A stretch of DNA of 64,000 bases from Desulfovibrionaceae bacterium (GTDB lineage Bacteria; Desulfobacterota; Desulfovibrionia; Desulfovibrionales; Desulfovibrionaceae), in NCBI GenBank assembly GCA_015709205.1, contig JACCQO010000004.1, positions 125,552 through 189,551 of the forward strand, given 5' to 3'. Under the pieces are notes generated by a model. That model had not been told where the DNA came from. It was given only the letters and a program-made list of their open reading frames with translations, and did not search any database. Positions 8,165 to 17,068 of the stretch are shown here, one piece after another. Position 1 is the stretch's first letter. Each line of letters opens with the position of its first letter. Made by a program: the position numbers and the translations under genes.

Positions 8165-9748
8165 ATGCAAGCCACCCTCCGCGTCAAGATCAACCTGGCG
8201 ATCCTCTTCACCTGCATCCTCGCCGGGTTGGCCGCGGGCATGCTCCTCTACACCTTCGAGTCCAACCGCCGCCAGGCCCGCTTCGAAGAAGCCCGGGCCA
8301 TCCTGGAGAACGTCTTCCGCCAGCACGAGAGCGACCTGGCCAACGAGATGTTCTCGGCCAAGCGGCTGGCCCTGCGCCAATCCCTGGACGAAATGATGCG
8401 CTTCAAGGGCGTGTGCGCGGCCACGATCTACGACGGCGAGGGCCGCATGGTCCTGGCCACGGACCCCACCCTGCAGCCGCCCCTGCCCCCGGAGGAGCGC
8501 GCCGTGCTGGACAGGAACGCGACCTTTGAGCACACCCTGACACCGGGGCGGACGCTTGCCCATTATTCCAACAAGATCGAAGTGATGGGCACGCACGTGG
8601 GCTACATCGACGTCTACTACGACCTGAGCGGCATCGAGGAGGAGAGCCGCATGACCCTGGTGCTCTTCTTCTCCTCCATCACCGGGCTGCTCCTGTGCAT
8701 GTCCCTGCTGCTCAATTCCCTGCTGGACCATTCCATGATCCGCCCGGTGCGGCGGCTGGCCGAGGCCATGCGCAGCGTGGGCGAGGGCGACGTGGGCCGC
8801 ACGGTCAAGGCCGAGGGCGACGACGAGATCGGCCAGATGACCGAGGCCTTCAACGCCATGTCCACGGACCTGCGGCTGGCGGCCATGGCCAAGGACGACA
8901 ACGCCCGCCAGCTCGAGGAGATCAACCGCCAGCTCTCGCTCAAGGCCGCCGAGCTGGCCCGGGCCAACACCCGCCTGCGCGAGCTGGACCGCATGAAGTC
9001 CGCGTTCCTTTCCTCGGTCTCCCACGAACTGCGCACGCCGCTGACCTCGGTGCGCGGGTTCTCCAAGCTCATCCACAAGGACTACCGCACGGTCTGCGCC
9101 GCCCTGAACGCCTGCGACGACAAGACCCGGCGCAAGATCGAACGCATCGAGACCAACCTGGAAATCATCGAGAAGGAGAGCGAACGGCTCACGGTCATGG
9201 TCAACGACGTGCTCGACCTCTCGCGCATCGAGGAGGGCAGGGCCCAGTGGCGCGACGTGCTCCTGGACACGCGCGCCTTCCTGCTGGAGACCGCGCGCAC
9301 GGCCCAGGGCTTTCTGGCCGAGACCCCGGAAGTGGCCTTCGCCACGGACCTGCCCGACAACCTGCCGCCGGTCATGGCCGACCCGGACCGGCTCCACCAG
9401 GTGCTCGTCAACCTGCTCTCCAACGCCGCCAAGTTTACGCTTCGCGGCGAGGTGCGCCTCCTTGCCGAGGCGCGCGGCGACATGGTGCGCATGGGCGTGC
9501 GCGACACGGGCGTGGGCGTGCCCGAGGGCGAATGGCAGAAGATCTTCGACAAGTTCCATCAGGCCGCCAAGGGCGACCAGATCGAGAACAAGCCCAAGGG
9601 CACCGGCCTGGGTCTGGCCATCTCCCGGAACATCGTGGCCCACTACGGCGGGCGCATCTGGGCCGAGCCCGCCCCGGGCGGCGGCAGCATGTTCCTCTTC
9701 GAACTGCCCGCGGCCCAGTCGCTCCCGGCGGCCGAAGCGGACGACTGA
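8165..9748 (+). CDS. HAMP-domain sensor histidine kinase
   Basis: 527 aa with two TM segments and a HAMP region (IRPVRRLAEAMRSVGEGD...EIGQMTEAFNAMS). H-box FLSSVSHELRTPLTSV. HATPase_c N/G boxes are present (LLSNAAKFT, DTGVGVP, GTGLGLAISR). Confidence 0.9.
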   Translation: MQATLRVKINLAILFTCILAGLAAGMLLYTFESNRRQARFEEARAILENVFRQHESDLANEMFSAKRLALRQSLDEMMRFKGVCAATIYDGEGRMVLATDPTLQPPLPPEERAVLDRNATFEHTLTPGRTLAHYSNKIEVMGTHVGYIDVYYDLSGIEEESRMTLVLFFSSITGLLLCMSLLLNSLLDHSMIRPVRRLAEAMRSVGEGDVGRTVKAEGDDEIGQMTEAFNAMSTDLRLAAMAKDDNARQLEEINRQLSLKAAELARANTRLRELDRMKSAFLSSVSHELRTPLTSVRGFSKLIHKDYRTVCAALNACDDKTRRKIERIETNLEIIEKESERLTVMVNDVLDLSRIEEGRAQWRDVLLDTRAFLLETARTAQGFLAETPEVAFATDLPDNLPPVMADPDRLHQVLVNLLSNAAKFTLRGEVRLLAEARGDMVRMGVRDTGVGVPEGEWQKIFDKFHQAAKGDQIENKPKGTGLGLAISRNIVAHYGGRIWAEPAPGGGSMFLFELPAAQSLPAAEADD

Positions 9749-9857
9749 ACCACGCCCGGCGCCGCCGGTGGGCGCTCCCCGCTCCGCTCCCTGCCACAGC
9801 CGCTCCCCCGGCTTTCCTCAGCCCCCGTCTTCCGTCTCTGCCGTCGGCCACCGTTCG

Positions 9858-9903
9858 AACAAATTCAATTTGTTATGCAAATTCCAGTGAAAAAATCTAT
9901 AAT
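9858..9903 (+). promoter_or_regulatory. Perfect 8-1-8 palindrome plus TATAAT box upstream of the nucleotidyltransferase-like gene
   Basis: AACAAATT-c-AATTTGTT lies at 9858-9874. A perfect TATAAT lies at 9898-9903, in an AT-rich island of a GC-rich genome, 92 nt upstream of ATG 9995. Confidence 0.3.
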
Positions 9904-9994
9904 GTACCCGCGCCGGGATGCGCGGCTATGCTCGGGGCAAGTTTTTCCCACAGCGCCGGGGGGAATCGCCCGGCGCGGAGAAAACGGAGCCGCA

Positions 9995-10966
9995 ATGTCC
10001 TTCCAGGTCGTCGTTTTCTGCAGCAACCACCGCGCGCCCGTTCCGGGGCTGGGGGAGCTCATGCCCTACGCCCTTCTGCCCGTGGGCGGCAGGGAGGCCC
10101 TCTTCCACCTGCTGGACCGCTTGGGGGCCTTCGGCCTGCGCCGCGTGCTGCTGATCGCGGACCGCTTTGCGGACCAGATCGGCGCGGCCGTGGGCACGGG
10201 CAACCGCTGGGGCGTCCGCGCAAAGGTCGTTGCGCAGCCGTCCTTCGCGGGGCTGGGCGAAAGCCTCGTCAAGATCGCCCCGCACCTGGACGCGGAGTTC
10301 CTGCTCTTTCCGCGCCTGGCCCTGCCGGGCGCGGACCTGCCGGGCATGATCCGCGAGCATGCGGAAAAACGCGCGTCCCTGACTTGGCTTGCGGACCTGC
10401 GCCCACCCTCCGGCCCCCAGGCCTATCCGGAACACCGCCACGCGGCCCTGTGCATGCGCAAGAGCCTCCTGGAACACCACCTGCCGCAGGGCAGCCGCTC
10501 CTGCGACGAACTCGTCGCCGGATTCCGCGACCGCGCCTGCGAATACGAACACTTCCGCACCGCCTCCTATCCCTCGGCCGCGGCCACTCCGGTCCTGGAC
10601 GACCTGGAAACCCTGTGGCGCGCCAACCGCGCCGCCCTGGACGGCGGCCTGCCCTTTCTCCGGCTCCCTCCGGCCGCGGACGAAGACGGCGTGCGCCAGG
10701 GCCGGGACTGCTCCATCGCCCGGTCCGCGCGCATCCAAGGCCCCGCCGTCCTGGGCGACGGCTGCGTGGTGGCCGCGGGGGCCTGCGTCGGCCCCCACGT
10801 GGCCCTGGCCCCGGGCTGCGAGGTGGGCAGCGGCGCGTGCGTGGCCGACGCCGTGGTCCTGGGCGGGGAGCGCGTGCCGCCGGGCGTGGAACTGCGCGGC
10901 GGCCTGCTGGGCCAGGGTCTGGTGGTGCGCCGCAACGGTTCGGTCGAGCCCGCGCCCCGGGCCTGA
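9995..10966 (+). CDS. Nucleotidyltransferase-like protein with C-terminal left-handed beta-helix (hexapeptide) region; degenerate NTP-binding loop
   Basis: Start ATG 9995 (RBS GGAG). The N-terminus FQVVVFCSN...LLPVGGREALFHLLDRLGAFGLRRVLLIAD resembles NDP-sugar pyrophosphorylases but lacks a clean GxGTRL loop. The C-terminus has hexapeptide-like repeats (GPAVLGDGCVVAAGACVGPHVALAPGCEVGSGACVADAVVLGG). Confidence 0.65.
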   Translation: MSFQVVVFCSNHRAPVPGLGELMPYALLPVGGREALFHLLDRLGAFGLRRVLLIADRFADQIGAAVGTGNRWGVRAKVVAQPSFAGLGESLVKIAPHLDAEFLLFPRLALPGADLPGMIREHAEKRASLTWLADLRPPSGPQAYPEHRHAALCMRKSLLEHHLPQGSRSCDELVAGFRDRACEYEHFRTASYPSAAATPVLDDLETLWRANRAALDGGLPFLRLPPAADEDGVRQGRDCSIARSARIQGPAVLGDGCVVAAGACVGPHVALAPGCEVGSGACVADAVVLGGERVPPGVELRGGLLGQGLVVRRNGSVEPAPRA

Positions 10967-11016
10967 CCCCGACGCCGCGCGCCCCGGGCCTGACCCCGAC
11001 GCCGCGCGCCCCGGGC
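10951..11016. repeat. 27-bp tandem direct repeat (2.4 copies) spanning the stop codon of the preceding CDS
   Basis: cgcgccccgggcctgaccccgacgccg occurs at 10951-10977 and identically at 10978-11004. A partial third copy (cgcgccccgggc) lies at 11005-11016. Confidence 0.85.
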
Positions 11017-11128
11017 GCACGCAGTTCGGGCAAAGTCCCCTTCCGGCCTTCACTTTGTGCGCTGGAAACGGTATCCTCCCGCGTCGAGGCATTCCTTCCA
11101 AGACCATAAAGCGCACAACGGAGTCGCC

Positions 11129-11341
11129 ATGGCCCGCACCCAGGAATTCTATACCAGCTACGTCAGGGCCCTGTTCCGCCGGGGCAAGGCCGACACCCTG
11201 CCCAACGACTACATCGAAACCGAAGCCGCCAAGGTGCTCCGGGGCGAGATGGACGACTTCCGCGCGGCCCTCGACCGGATGGTCGCCAGCGGCATGGTCT
11301 CCCGCGAGGGCGACAGCTACACCCTGCATCCCGAGGCCTGA
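11129..11341 (+). CDS. Small hypothetical protein (70 aa)
   Basis: ATG 11129 has GGAG 6 nt upstream. The sequence MARTQEFYTSYVRALFRRGKADTLPNDYIETEAAKVLRGEMDDFRAALDRMVASGMVSREGDSYTLHPEA has normal protein composition. I recognise no family. Confidence 0.5.
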   Translation: MARTQEFYTSYVRALFRRGKADTLPNDYIETEAAKVLRGEMDDFRAALDRMVASGMVSREGDSYTLHPEA

Positions 11342-11396
11342 CCCGGCCCCCACGGCCCCCGCCCGGGCCCGGTTCCGCCCGGCCCGGAGGAACGCG

Positions 11397-12209
11397 ATGC
11401 ACAGACGCACGGCCCTGGCCCTGGCCGCCCTCTGGCCCCTGGCCGTCCTGTTCGGCCGGGACGGCGTGGCGCGCGCCCAGGAACTGCGGCGCATCCGTCT
11501 GGCCAGCCTCTACTGGCCGCCCTACACCGGGCCGGACCTGGAAGGCCAGGGCATCACCGCGACGATCCTGCGCCGGGCCATGTTCGCCGCCGGACTGGAG
11601 CCGATCCTGAGCTTCCTGCCCTGGCAGCGCGCCCTGCACCTCGCCCGCCAGGGCGAGGTGGACGGCGTCTTTCCCGAATACCATTCCTTCGAGCGGGCCA
11701 TGGACTTTCTGTTCACCGGCCCCGTGGGCTACAGCGACCTGGGCTTTGCCGAGCGCGTGGACGCGCCCGTGCGCTGGTCGGACCTGTCGGACCTGACCGG
11801 AACGGCCATCGGCGTGGTGGCCGGCTACGTCAACGCCGAGCCGTTCGACGCCATGGCCGCGCGCGGCGAGCTCTCCGTGGACGCCGCGCCCGACGACGCC
11901 CTGAACCTGCTCAAGCTCCTGCACGGCCGCGTGCGCCTGGCCGTGGTGGACCGCTACGTCTTCGCCCACCTGATGCGCCACGACCCGCGCCTGGCCCCGC
12001 AGCGCGAGAAACTGCGCTTCAACGACCGCCTCCTGCGGGTCAATCCCCTGTACGTGTGCCTGCGCCGCCGCCCGGGCGCGGAGCGGATGGTCGCGGCCAT
12101 CAACGCCGGTCTGGCCACCCTGTCCGTGCGCCGGGAGCAGGAGGCCCTGTTCGCCACCCAGGCCGCCCTGCCCGCGCCGTCGGTGTTCAGCCTGCGCGCC
12201 ACGGACTGA
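11397..12209 (+). CDS. Periplasmic substrate-binding protein, SBP_bac_3 (polar amino acid-type) family
   Basis: These are the last 270 codons of track ORF 10389..12209, from ATG 11397. Signal peptide MHRRTALALAALWPLAVLFG. Family-3 features are present: YWPPYTG, LPWQRALHLARQGEVDGVFP, IGVVAGY. Confidence 0.8.
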   Translation: MHRRTALALAALWPLAVLFGRDGVARAQELRRIRLASLYWPPYTGPDLEGQGITATILRRAMFAAGLEPILSFLPWQRALHLARQGEVDGVFPEYHSFERAMDFLFTGPVGYSDLGFAERVDAPVRWSDLSDLTGTAIGVVAGYVNAEPFDAMAARGELSVDAAPDDALNLLKLLHGRVRLAVVDRYVFAHLMRHDPRLAPQREKLRFNDRLLRVNPLYVCLRRRPGAERMVAAINAGLATLSVRREQEALFATQAALPAPSVFSLRATD

Positions 12210-12409
12210 CTCCGCCCGCCCCGCGCCGGAGCCCGCTCCGGCCCTCTTCCGGTCCTTCCGGCCCTGCGCCCGGCCGGGAACCTCTGCCGCTGGCAGGGTT
12301 CTTGCTCCATGCCCGTGCGGCGGCACCGCCCGGCAAACCCTGCCCACCGCGCGACCCGGACGGCGCCGCTCCCCCAACCCATGCCCCAACCCATGATCCG
12401 GAGGCGACC

Positions 12410-12961
12410 ATGAAAATCGACGCGCAACTGGCCAACCAATACATCTGGTGGAACGACTCCTCCTCTTCGAGCTCGGGAGCCGCCTCCTTCTGGGACGAGG
12501 ACGACACCCAGGGCCTCGGCTCCATGTCCTCCGACCTCTCCGTGGTCAAGGACCAGCTCGACCAACTCACCGCGAGCATCGCGGCCAAGGTCTCGGCCGC
12601 CAACGTGCAGACCGACGCCGACGAAAAGACCACTGCCTTTGCCGAGGAACTGCGTACGGCCCTGGAGGAGAAAGGCATCGACCTGGGCGAGGGCGTGACC
12701 CTGACCCTGGACGATTCCGGCATGGTCCGCGTGGTCGGCGAGCACGAGGACAAGGAGGCCATCGAGGAGTTCTTCTCCTCCGACGAGGAGTGGAGCGAAA
12801 AATACGCGGACGTGCACCTGCGCAACGACCTGGCGCGCAAGCTGGCCCAGGCCAAGCAACTGGGCAACACCGCCAACAACCCGTATCTCAAGAACCTTCT
12901 GGCCTGGGAAAAGACCACCGTGACCGTCACGCCCGACGGCGTCACCGTGGGCACGGCCTGA
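12410..12961 (+). CDS. Acidic hypothetical protein (183 aa), no signal peptide
   Basis: ATG 12410 is preceded by GGAGG. The protein is Asp/Glu/Ser-rich (MKIDAQLANQYIWWNDSSSSSSGAASFWDEDDTQG...EEFFSSDEEWSEKY...). I recognise no domain. Confidence 0.6.
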   Translation: MKIDAQLANQYIWWNDSSSSSSGAASFWDEDDTQGLGSMSSDLSVVKDQLDQLTASIAAKVSAANVQTDADEKTTAFAEELRTALEEKGIDLGEGVTLTLDDSGMVRVVGEHEDKEAIEEFFSSDEEWSEKYADVHLRNDLARKLAQAKQLGNTANNPYLKNLLAWEKTTVTVTPDGVTVGTA

Positions 12962-12989
12962 TGCCCACGCAAAAGCGGGACGCGTCGAG

Positions 12990-13018
12990 TTGACTTGCGT
13001 CGCGCAATGGTATTTATT
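12990..13018 (+). promoter_or_regulatory. Candidate sigma70-type promoter of the cytochrome c3 gene
   Basis: TTGACT at 12990-12995, followed after 15-17 nt by a TATTTATT block (13011-18), about 45 nt upstream of the TTG start. Confidence 0.35.
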
Positions 13019-13063
13019 CTAGGGAAAGCGGCCTTCCCACGGCCGCTGCAAAGGAGGTCCACC

Positions 13064-13486
13064 TTGAAAGCGTATTCCCGTTCCTTCGCGGCCGCCGCGT
13101 GCGCAGCCGCCCTGTTGCTGGCCGGCATGCTGCTGGCATCGGCCCCGGCCTCGGCCATGGACGCTCCGGCCGCCCCCCTGAAACTGGCCTATTTCCCCAA
13201 CAAGGTCGTGATGTACCCGCATGCGGCCCACGCCAAGCTCGAGTGCAAGCAGTGCCACCACAAGCTGGACGCCGCGGGCAATCCCCAGAAGTGTAGCGCC
13301 AAGGGCTGCCACGACGTGTTCGACAAAAAGGACAAGTCCGAGAAGTCCTTCTACCGCATCGTGCACGACACCAAGTTGGAGACGATGCAGTCCTGCCTGA
13401 TGTGCCACAAGGCCGAGGGCGCCAAGCTGGACAAGGCCGCAAAGAAGGCCCTGACCGGCTGCGCCAAGTCCCGCTGCCATCCGTAG
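13064..13486 (+). CDS. cycA: Periplasmic tetraheme cytochrome c3 (type I)
   Basis: There are four heme motifs in the classical order CKQCH, CSAKGCH, CLMCH, CAKSRCH, plus a signal peptide (AAAACAAALLLAGMLLASAPASA). The probable start is TTG 13064, which has AAGGAGG 6 nt upstream. The track ATG at 12995 would add a non-signal-like N-terminus. Confidence 0.92.
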   Translation: MKAYSRSFAAAACAAALLLAGMLLASAPASAMDAPAAPLKLAYFPNKVVMYPHAAHAKLECKQCHHKLDAAGNPQKCSAKGCHDVFDKKDKSEKSFYRIVHDTKLETMQSCLMCHKAEGAKLDKAAKKALTGCAKSRCHP

Positions 13487-13535
13487 GCGCGGCCACCGAG
13501 CTCCGCCCCGGGCGGAGCGCACGGCCGGCGAACGC

Positions 13536-13572
13536 AAAAGCGCCGCCCCCTCACGGGGGCGGCGCTTTTTTT
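13536..13572 (+). terminator. Rho-independent terminator of the cytochrome c3 gene
   Basis: aaaaGCGCCGCCCCCtcacGGGGGCGGCGCtttttttt: an 11-bp GC stem followed by a T8 run. Confidence 0.85.
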
Positions 13573-13675
13573 CGGCGTGCATGCCGCGCGGGCATGGCGT
13601 CAACAGTCCGTTCTCCGCCAACGCCCCCCGCCGGAGGCCGCCACGCAAGGGGCTCCCCCGTGCGCGGCGAATGCC

Positions 13676-16600
13676 CTACTCCGCGTCGGCCAGCACCTCG
13701 ACGCGCTCCAGGTATTCGTTGTAGTGCGCCAGGTAAAAACTCAAGGCCTTGGAGAAGTTGCGGCCCACCAGGCCGTCCAGAAAGAGCTGGGTGATCTCCC
13801 GTTCGCGGCGCAGCACGTGCTGGGACAGGAGCAGGGCCCTGCGCTCCTCCATGGTCATGGCCCGGAAGCGGCGGCGGAACACGTCGCGCGCGCGCGGCTG
13901 GTACATCCAGAAGTACATCAGATCCAGGGCGTTGACGATGATGATGCGCAGCAGGTCGCGGTGCTCGTACTTGAGCGTCTGGGTGATCTGGTGCGAGGAT
14001 TCCAGCAGGGAGAGCACGTCCTCCTGGGGAAAGAGCATCTCCAGCCGGGCGTAGGTGTCGAAGACGCGCTCGAGCTTGTTGGCGTAGTCCAGGGCGCGAC
14101 GGCGCAGATAGGCGGCGCGGTCGGCGAGGCCCTCGATGATCCCGGCCACGCAGTCCGAGGCCAGCTTGGAGATGATCGCCGCCCACTTCTGGAGCACCAC
14201 GTCCGCCGCCGCCGCGCCCGCGGCCATGCCCACGCCCACCAGGGCCAGCCCGGCCAGGTAGTTGAACCCCACGGCCAGGGGCACGGAGAGCACACAGCGA
14301 AATATGTTGGCCAGGGCCGCGGAGCGCGGCAGCCCCCGGAAGAGGTTGTGCGTGGTGATGTAGGCCCCGTTGACCAGCCCCATGCCCAAATACACGGCCA
14401 GGGGATGCGTGCCCACTGTCATGCCCAGGACGTCTTCCATGAAGAGCGTCTTGACCAGATAATCCAGCAGCGGCACGGAGATGCCCGTGTACATCAGCGA
14501 ATCCGCCAGCCGGTTCCAGCTCACGTAGCTGTTCCAGCGCACCAGGGCCGGACGCCGCAGCCCGCCGCACCCGAGCACCGCCTGGATGATGTTGCGCACG
14601 CCGGTGATGGCGAACCAGATCAGCGCCCCGCCGTAGGCCAGCAGCCACCACTGCTTGGTCAGCAGGAAGGTCAGGAACGCGGGAATGAACCCGAGCAGGA
14701 CCTTCAGCCCGATCTTCAGCCCGGTCTTGAGGTAGCGCGGCGACCACGCGCCCTCGTGGTCCCTGGGCCGCGCGCACGCGCCCTCCCGGCGCGCCCCGCC
14801 CAGGGTGAAAAGGTTGCCCCGGCCGGGCGCGGCGGGCTCCACCCGGCGCAGCACCCACTCCTCCTGCCCGCGATAGGTCAGCCGCCCCAGGCCGGGCACA
14901 AAGCGCGCCGCGCGCAGCAGCAGCCCCGGGAACGCGGACGCGCATTCGCGCGGCACCCGGGTGACGCGGCGGAACGCGGTCATGAACAGGGGCAGGGCGC
15001 GGTGCATGGACGAGGGATCGGACAGGGTGCGCTGCGCGCGCCAGGAGAGCGAGGGCCGCAGCACCAGCCCCATGCCGTGCAGCCGCCCGGACTGGCCCGT
15101 GGAATCCGTGCCGATGGAGGAGCGCAGCGGCTTGGCCGTATAGAAGGAATGCAGGGTCGGGATGTCGAAGAGGATGTCCACGAGCTTGTCGCAACGGGCG
15201 CGCGCCTCCAGCCTTGCGCGGTTCCCGCCGCCCCCGGAGTCCCCGCCGCCCCCGCAGCCCTCGGCGTCGGCGGCCTCCAGCTCCTGGATGATCCCCGCGA
15301 TGTGCCGCTTGAGGCGCACCACGTTGTTTGAATTGATGGCCGCCTGCAGTTCCAGGATGGCGTCGTTGTCCGGGCAGCGGCCCAGGATGTGGTCCTTGAG
15401 GTTGAAGATCTCCAGGTGCGTGACCATGCCACGGCAGTCGTAGAGGATCTCCAGCACGTCGGCCGTGGTCAGGCCGTACAGGTTCAGGGTGATGCGCATG
15501 CGCGGATGGATGGCGCGCAGACGGCGCATGAGCGCGTCCGGCGGCAGGAAGAGCAGGTCCGGGACCTCGGCCGGGGAGAGCGCGGCGGACGTTGCGGGCG
15601 CATCCGACGCATCCGGCGCGTCCGGCACACCCGGCGCGGCCGGAGCGCTCGGGGGGCGCATGGGGTCGGGCAGGTCCGGGTTGGCCGCCGGACGCAGCCA
15701 AGCCTCCATGACCGCGTCCGCATCGAGGTCCGCCAGCAGCCGGGCGGCACGCGCCGCCTCGTCCGAATCCGGATCCCGCGTCGCGAGCTCCTCCACGCGC
15801 GCGGCCAGCAGCGGCCGCAGCCGCTCGCACACGTAGGTGCCCAGGTGGCGCAAGGAGGCCTGGCCCGGGCCCACGAACTCCCGGAAGCGGGTTTCGTCCA
15901 GGGGTTCGAACTCCACGCCGTAGGCCGCCCGCACCGCGGCCAGGTGGCGTCCGTTGAAGGCCTGGAAGACGCGCATGACGTGGCGGTCCATGTAGGCGGA
16001 TATCTCGCGCCCCTGGTCCATGAGCGCGCGCACCCCGGGCTCCGCGAGGAAATGCTGGAAGGACTCCACTTCCGTGAGCCCGCGCGGCACCCAGATGACC
16101 TTGACCGGCTTGCCCCGCAGCGCGGCCAGGTATTCGATGCCCACGGTCACCTTGATGTCCATGATCGCGGCGGCCTCCAGCAGTTCGCGCGCGGCCTCCG
16201 GGGCGATGAAGTTGTAGTAGACCACCGTGAGCCGCCGGATGCCCTTGATCCAGGCGTCCATGATCAGGTGCGTGGGCGACTTGCGGCCCTTGGTGTTGGC
16301 GTCGTGCACGTGGTCGTCGAAGGCCACCTGGTTCCAGGCCTCGGGCATCTCCACGAGGTGGTAGGCCTTGAGCTGGGCGCGCACCAGGCGCGGGTTGCCC
16401 GAGGCCACGGCGCGGAAGTCGTGGGCCAGCTCCAGCTGGCGCTGGTAGTCGCCCTGGCTGCGCAGCAGCTCCTTCATCATCTCCAGGAGGATGCGCGCCG
16501 TGTTTTTGCGCAGCGGGCTCATGGAGGTGTAGAGCACCTCGTCGCGCAGGGTGCTCAGGGCGTGCAGCCGCTCCTGGGGCGAGCCCTTTTCCAGGGTGCC

Positions 16601-16918
16601 GAGCAGGTGGGCCAGGGCGTAGGCGATGCGCAGCCCCTGCGGGGCGGCCATCTCCTTGATGCCGTGGGGGTGGAGGTAGGGCGCGAGCAGCCGCTTGTAG
16701 GCCGCGTAGTTCTTGCGCTCGGCGATGTCGCCCACGATACGGATGAGCTCGTGGTCGCGCTCGTCGAAAAAGGCGCGGGGCACGTCGTGCGGGTCCAGGG
16801 CGGGGTGCTTGTCGGGCCGGGCCTCGCCGGGACGGCGAGGCGAGCCGATCTCGCGGACCTCGCCGTCCCGGCGCGAGCCGACCTGAAGGGCGTCGTCTTC
16901 GTGCGCCGGGCCGCTCAT
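13676..16918 (-). CDS. Large (1080 aa) conserved-looking hypothetical protein: about 700-aa cytoplasmic region, multi-TM block, C-terminal helical domain
   Basis: The frame is clean and has normal composition. The overlapping track ORF 13551..16940 is a frame shadow. The hydrophobic block spans about aa 720-900 (LKVLLGFIPAFLTFLLTKQWWLLAYGGALIWFAITGV...). I recognise no catalytic motif. It lies downstream of a radical-SAM gene on the same strand. Confidence 0.8.
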   Translation of the reverse strand: MSGPAHEDDALQVGSRRDGEVREIGSPRRPGEARPDKHPALDPHDVPRAFFDERDHELIRIVGDIAERKNYAAYKRLLAPYLHPHGIKEMAAPQGLRIAYALAHLLGTLEKGSPQERLHALSTLRDEVLYTSMSPLRKNTARILLEMMKELLRSQGDYQRQLELAHDFRAVASGNPRLVRAQLKAYHLVEMPEAWNQVAFDDHVHDANTKGRKSPTHLIMDAWIKGIRRLTVVYYNFIAPEAARELLEAAAIMDIKVTVGIEYLAALRGKPVKVIWVPRGLTEVESFQHFLAEPGVRALMDQGREISAYMDRHVMRVFQAFNGRHLAAVRAAYGVEFEPLDETRFREFVGPGQASLRHLGTYVCERLRPLLAARVEELATRDPDSDEAARAARLLADLDADAVMEAWLRPAANPDLPDPMRPPSAPAAPGVPDAPDASDAPATSAALSPAEVPDLLFLPPDALMRRLRAIHPRMRITLNLYGLTTADVLEILYDCRGMVTHLEIFNLKDHILGRCPDNDAILELQAAINSNNVVRLKRHIAGIIQELEAADAEGCGGGGDSGGGGNRARLEARARCDKLVDILFDIPTLHSFYTAKPLRSSIGTDSTGQSGRLHGMGLVLRPSLSWRAQRTLSDPSSMHRALPLFMTAFRRVTRVPRECASAFPGLLLRAARFVPGLGRLTYRGQEEWVLRRVEPAAPGRGNLFTLGGARREGACARPRDHEGAWSPRYLKTGLKIGLKVLLGFIPAFLTFLLTKQWWLLAYGGALIWFAITGVRNIIQAVLGCGGLRRPALVRWNSYVSWNRLADSLMYTGISVPLLDYLVKTLFMEDVLGMTVGTHPLAVYLGMGLVNGAYITTHNLFRGLPRSAALANIFRCVLSVPLAVGFNYLAGLALVGVGMAAGAAAADVVLQKWAAIISKLASDCVAGIIEGLADRAAYLRRRALDYANKLERVFDTYARLEMLFPQEDVLSLLESSHQITQTLKYEHRDLLRIIIVNALDLMYFWMYQPRARDVFRRRFRAMTMEERRALLLSQHVLRREREITQLFLDGLVGRNFSKALSFYLAHYNEYLERVEVLADAE

Positions 16919-17068
16919 GCCCGCACCTCGCTGTAACCAAATCGTAACATCATAGTCCCTCTTTTCACAATATCAGCCCGGCCGCAAGAATAAAAACGTT
17001 CGTTATTTCGGCAAAATAGAACGAAAGGCCCCGTTGCGGAGCCCGTGCTGGAAAACGAACGGGAACGT

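Noticed and set aside
13551-16940. 1129-aa minus-strand ORF overlapping the 1080-aa gene in another frame
   Set aside because: Its translation is extreme Arg/Pro/Gly/Ala junk. The 13676..16918 frame has balanced composition, hydrophobic TM segments and a sensible end, so only that frame is called.
16919-17068. Short hairpin GAACG-ttcc-CGTTC after the radical-SAM gene as a terminator separating it from the 1080-aa gene
   Set aside because: The stem is only 5 bp and weak. This is insufficient to claim termination, so the operon status of the pair is left open in the finding.
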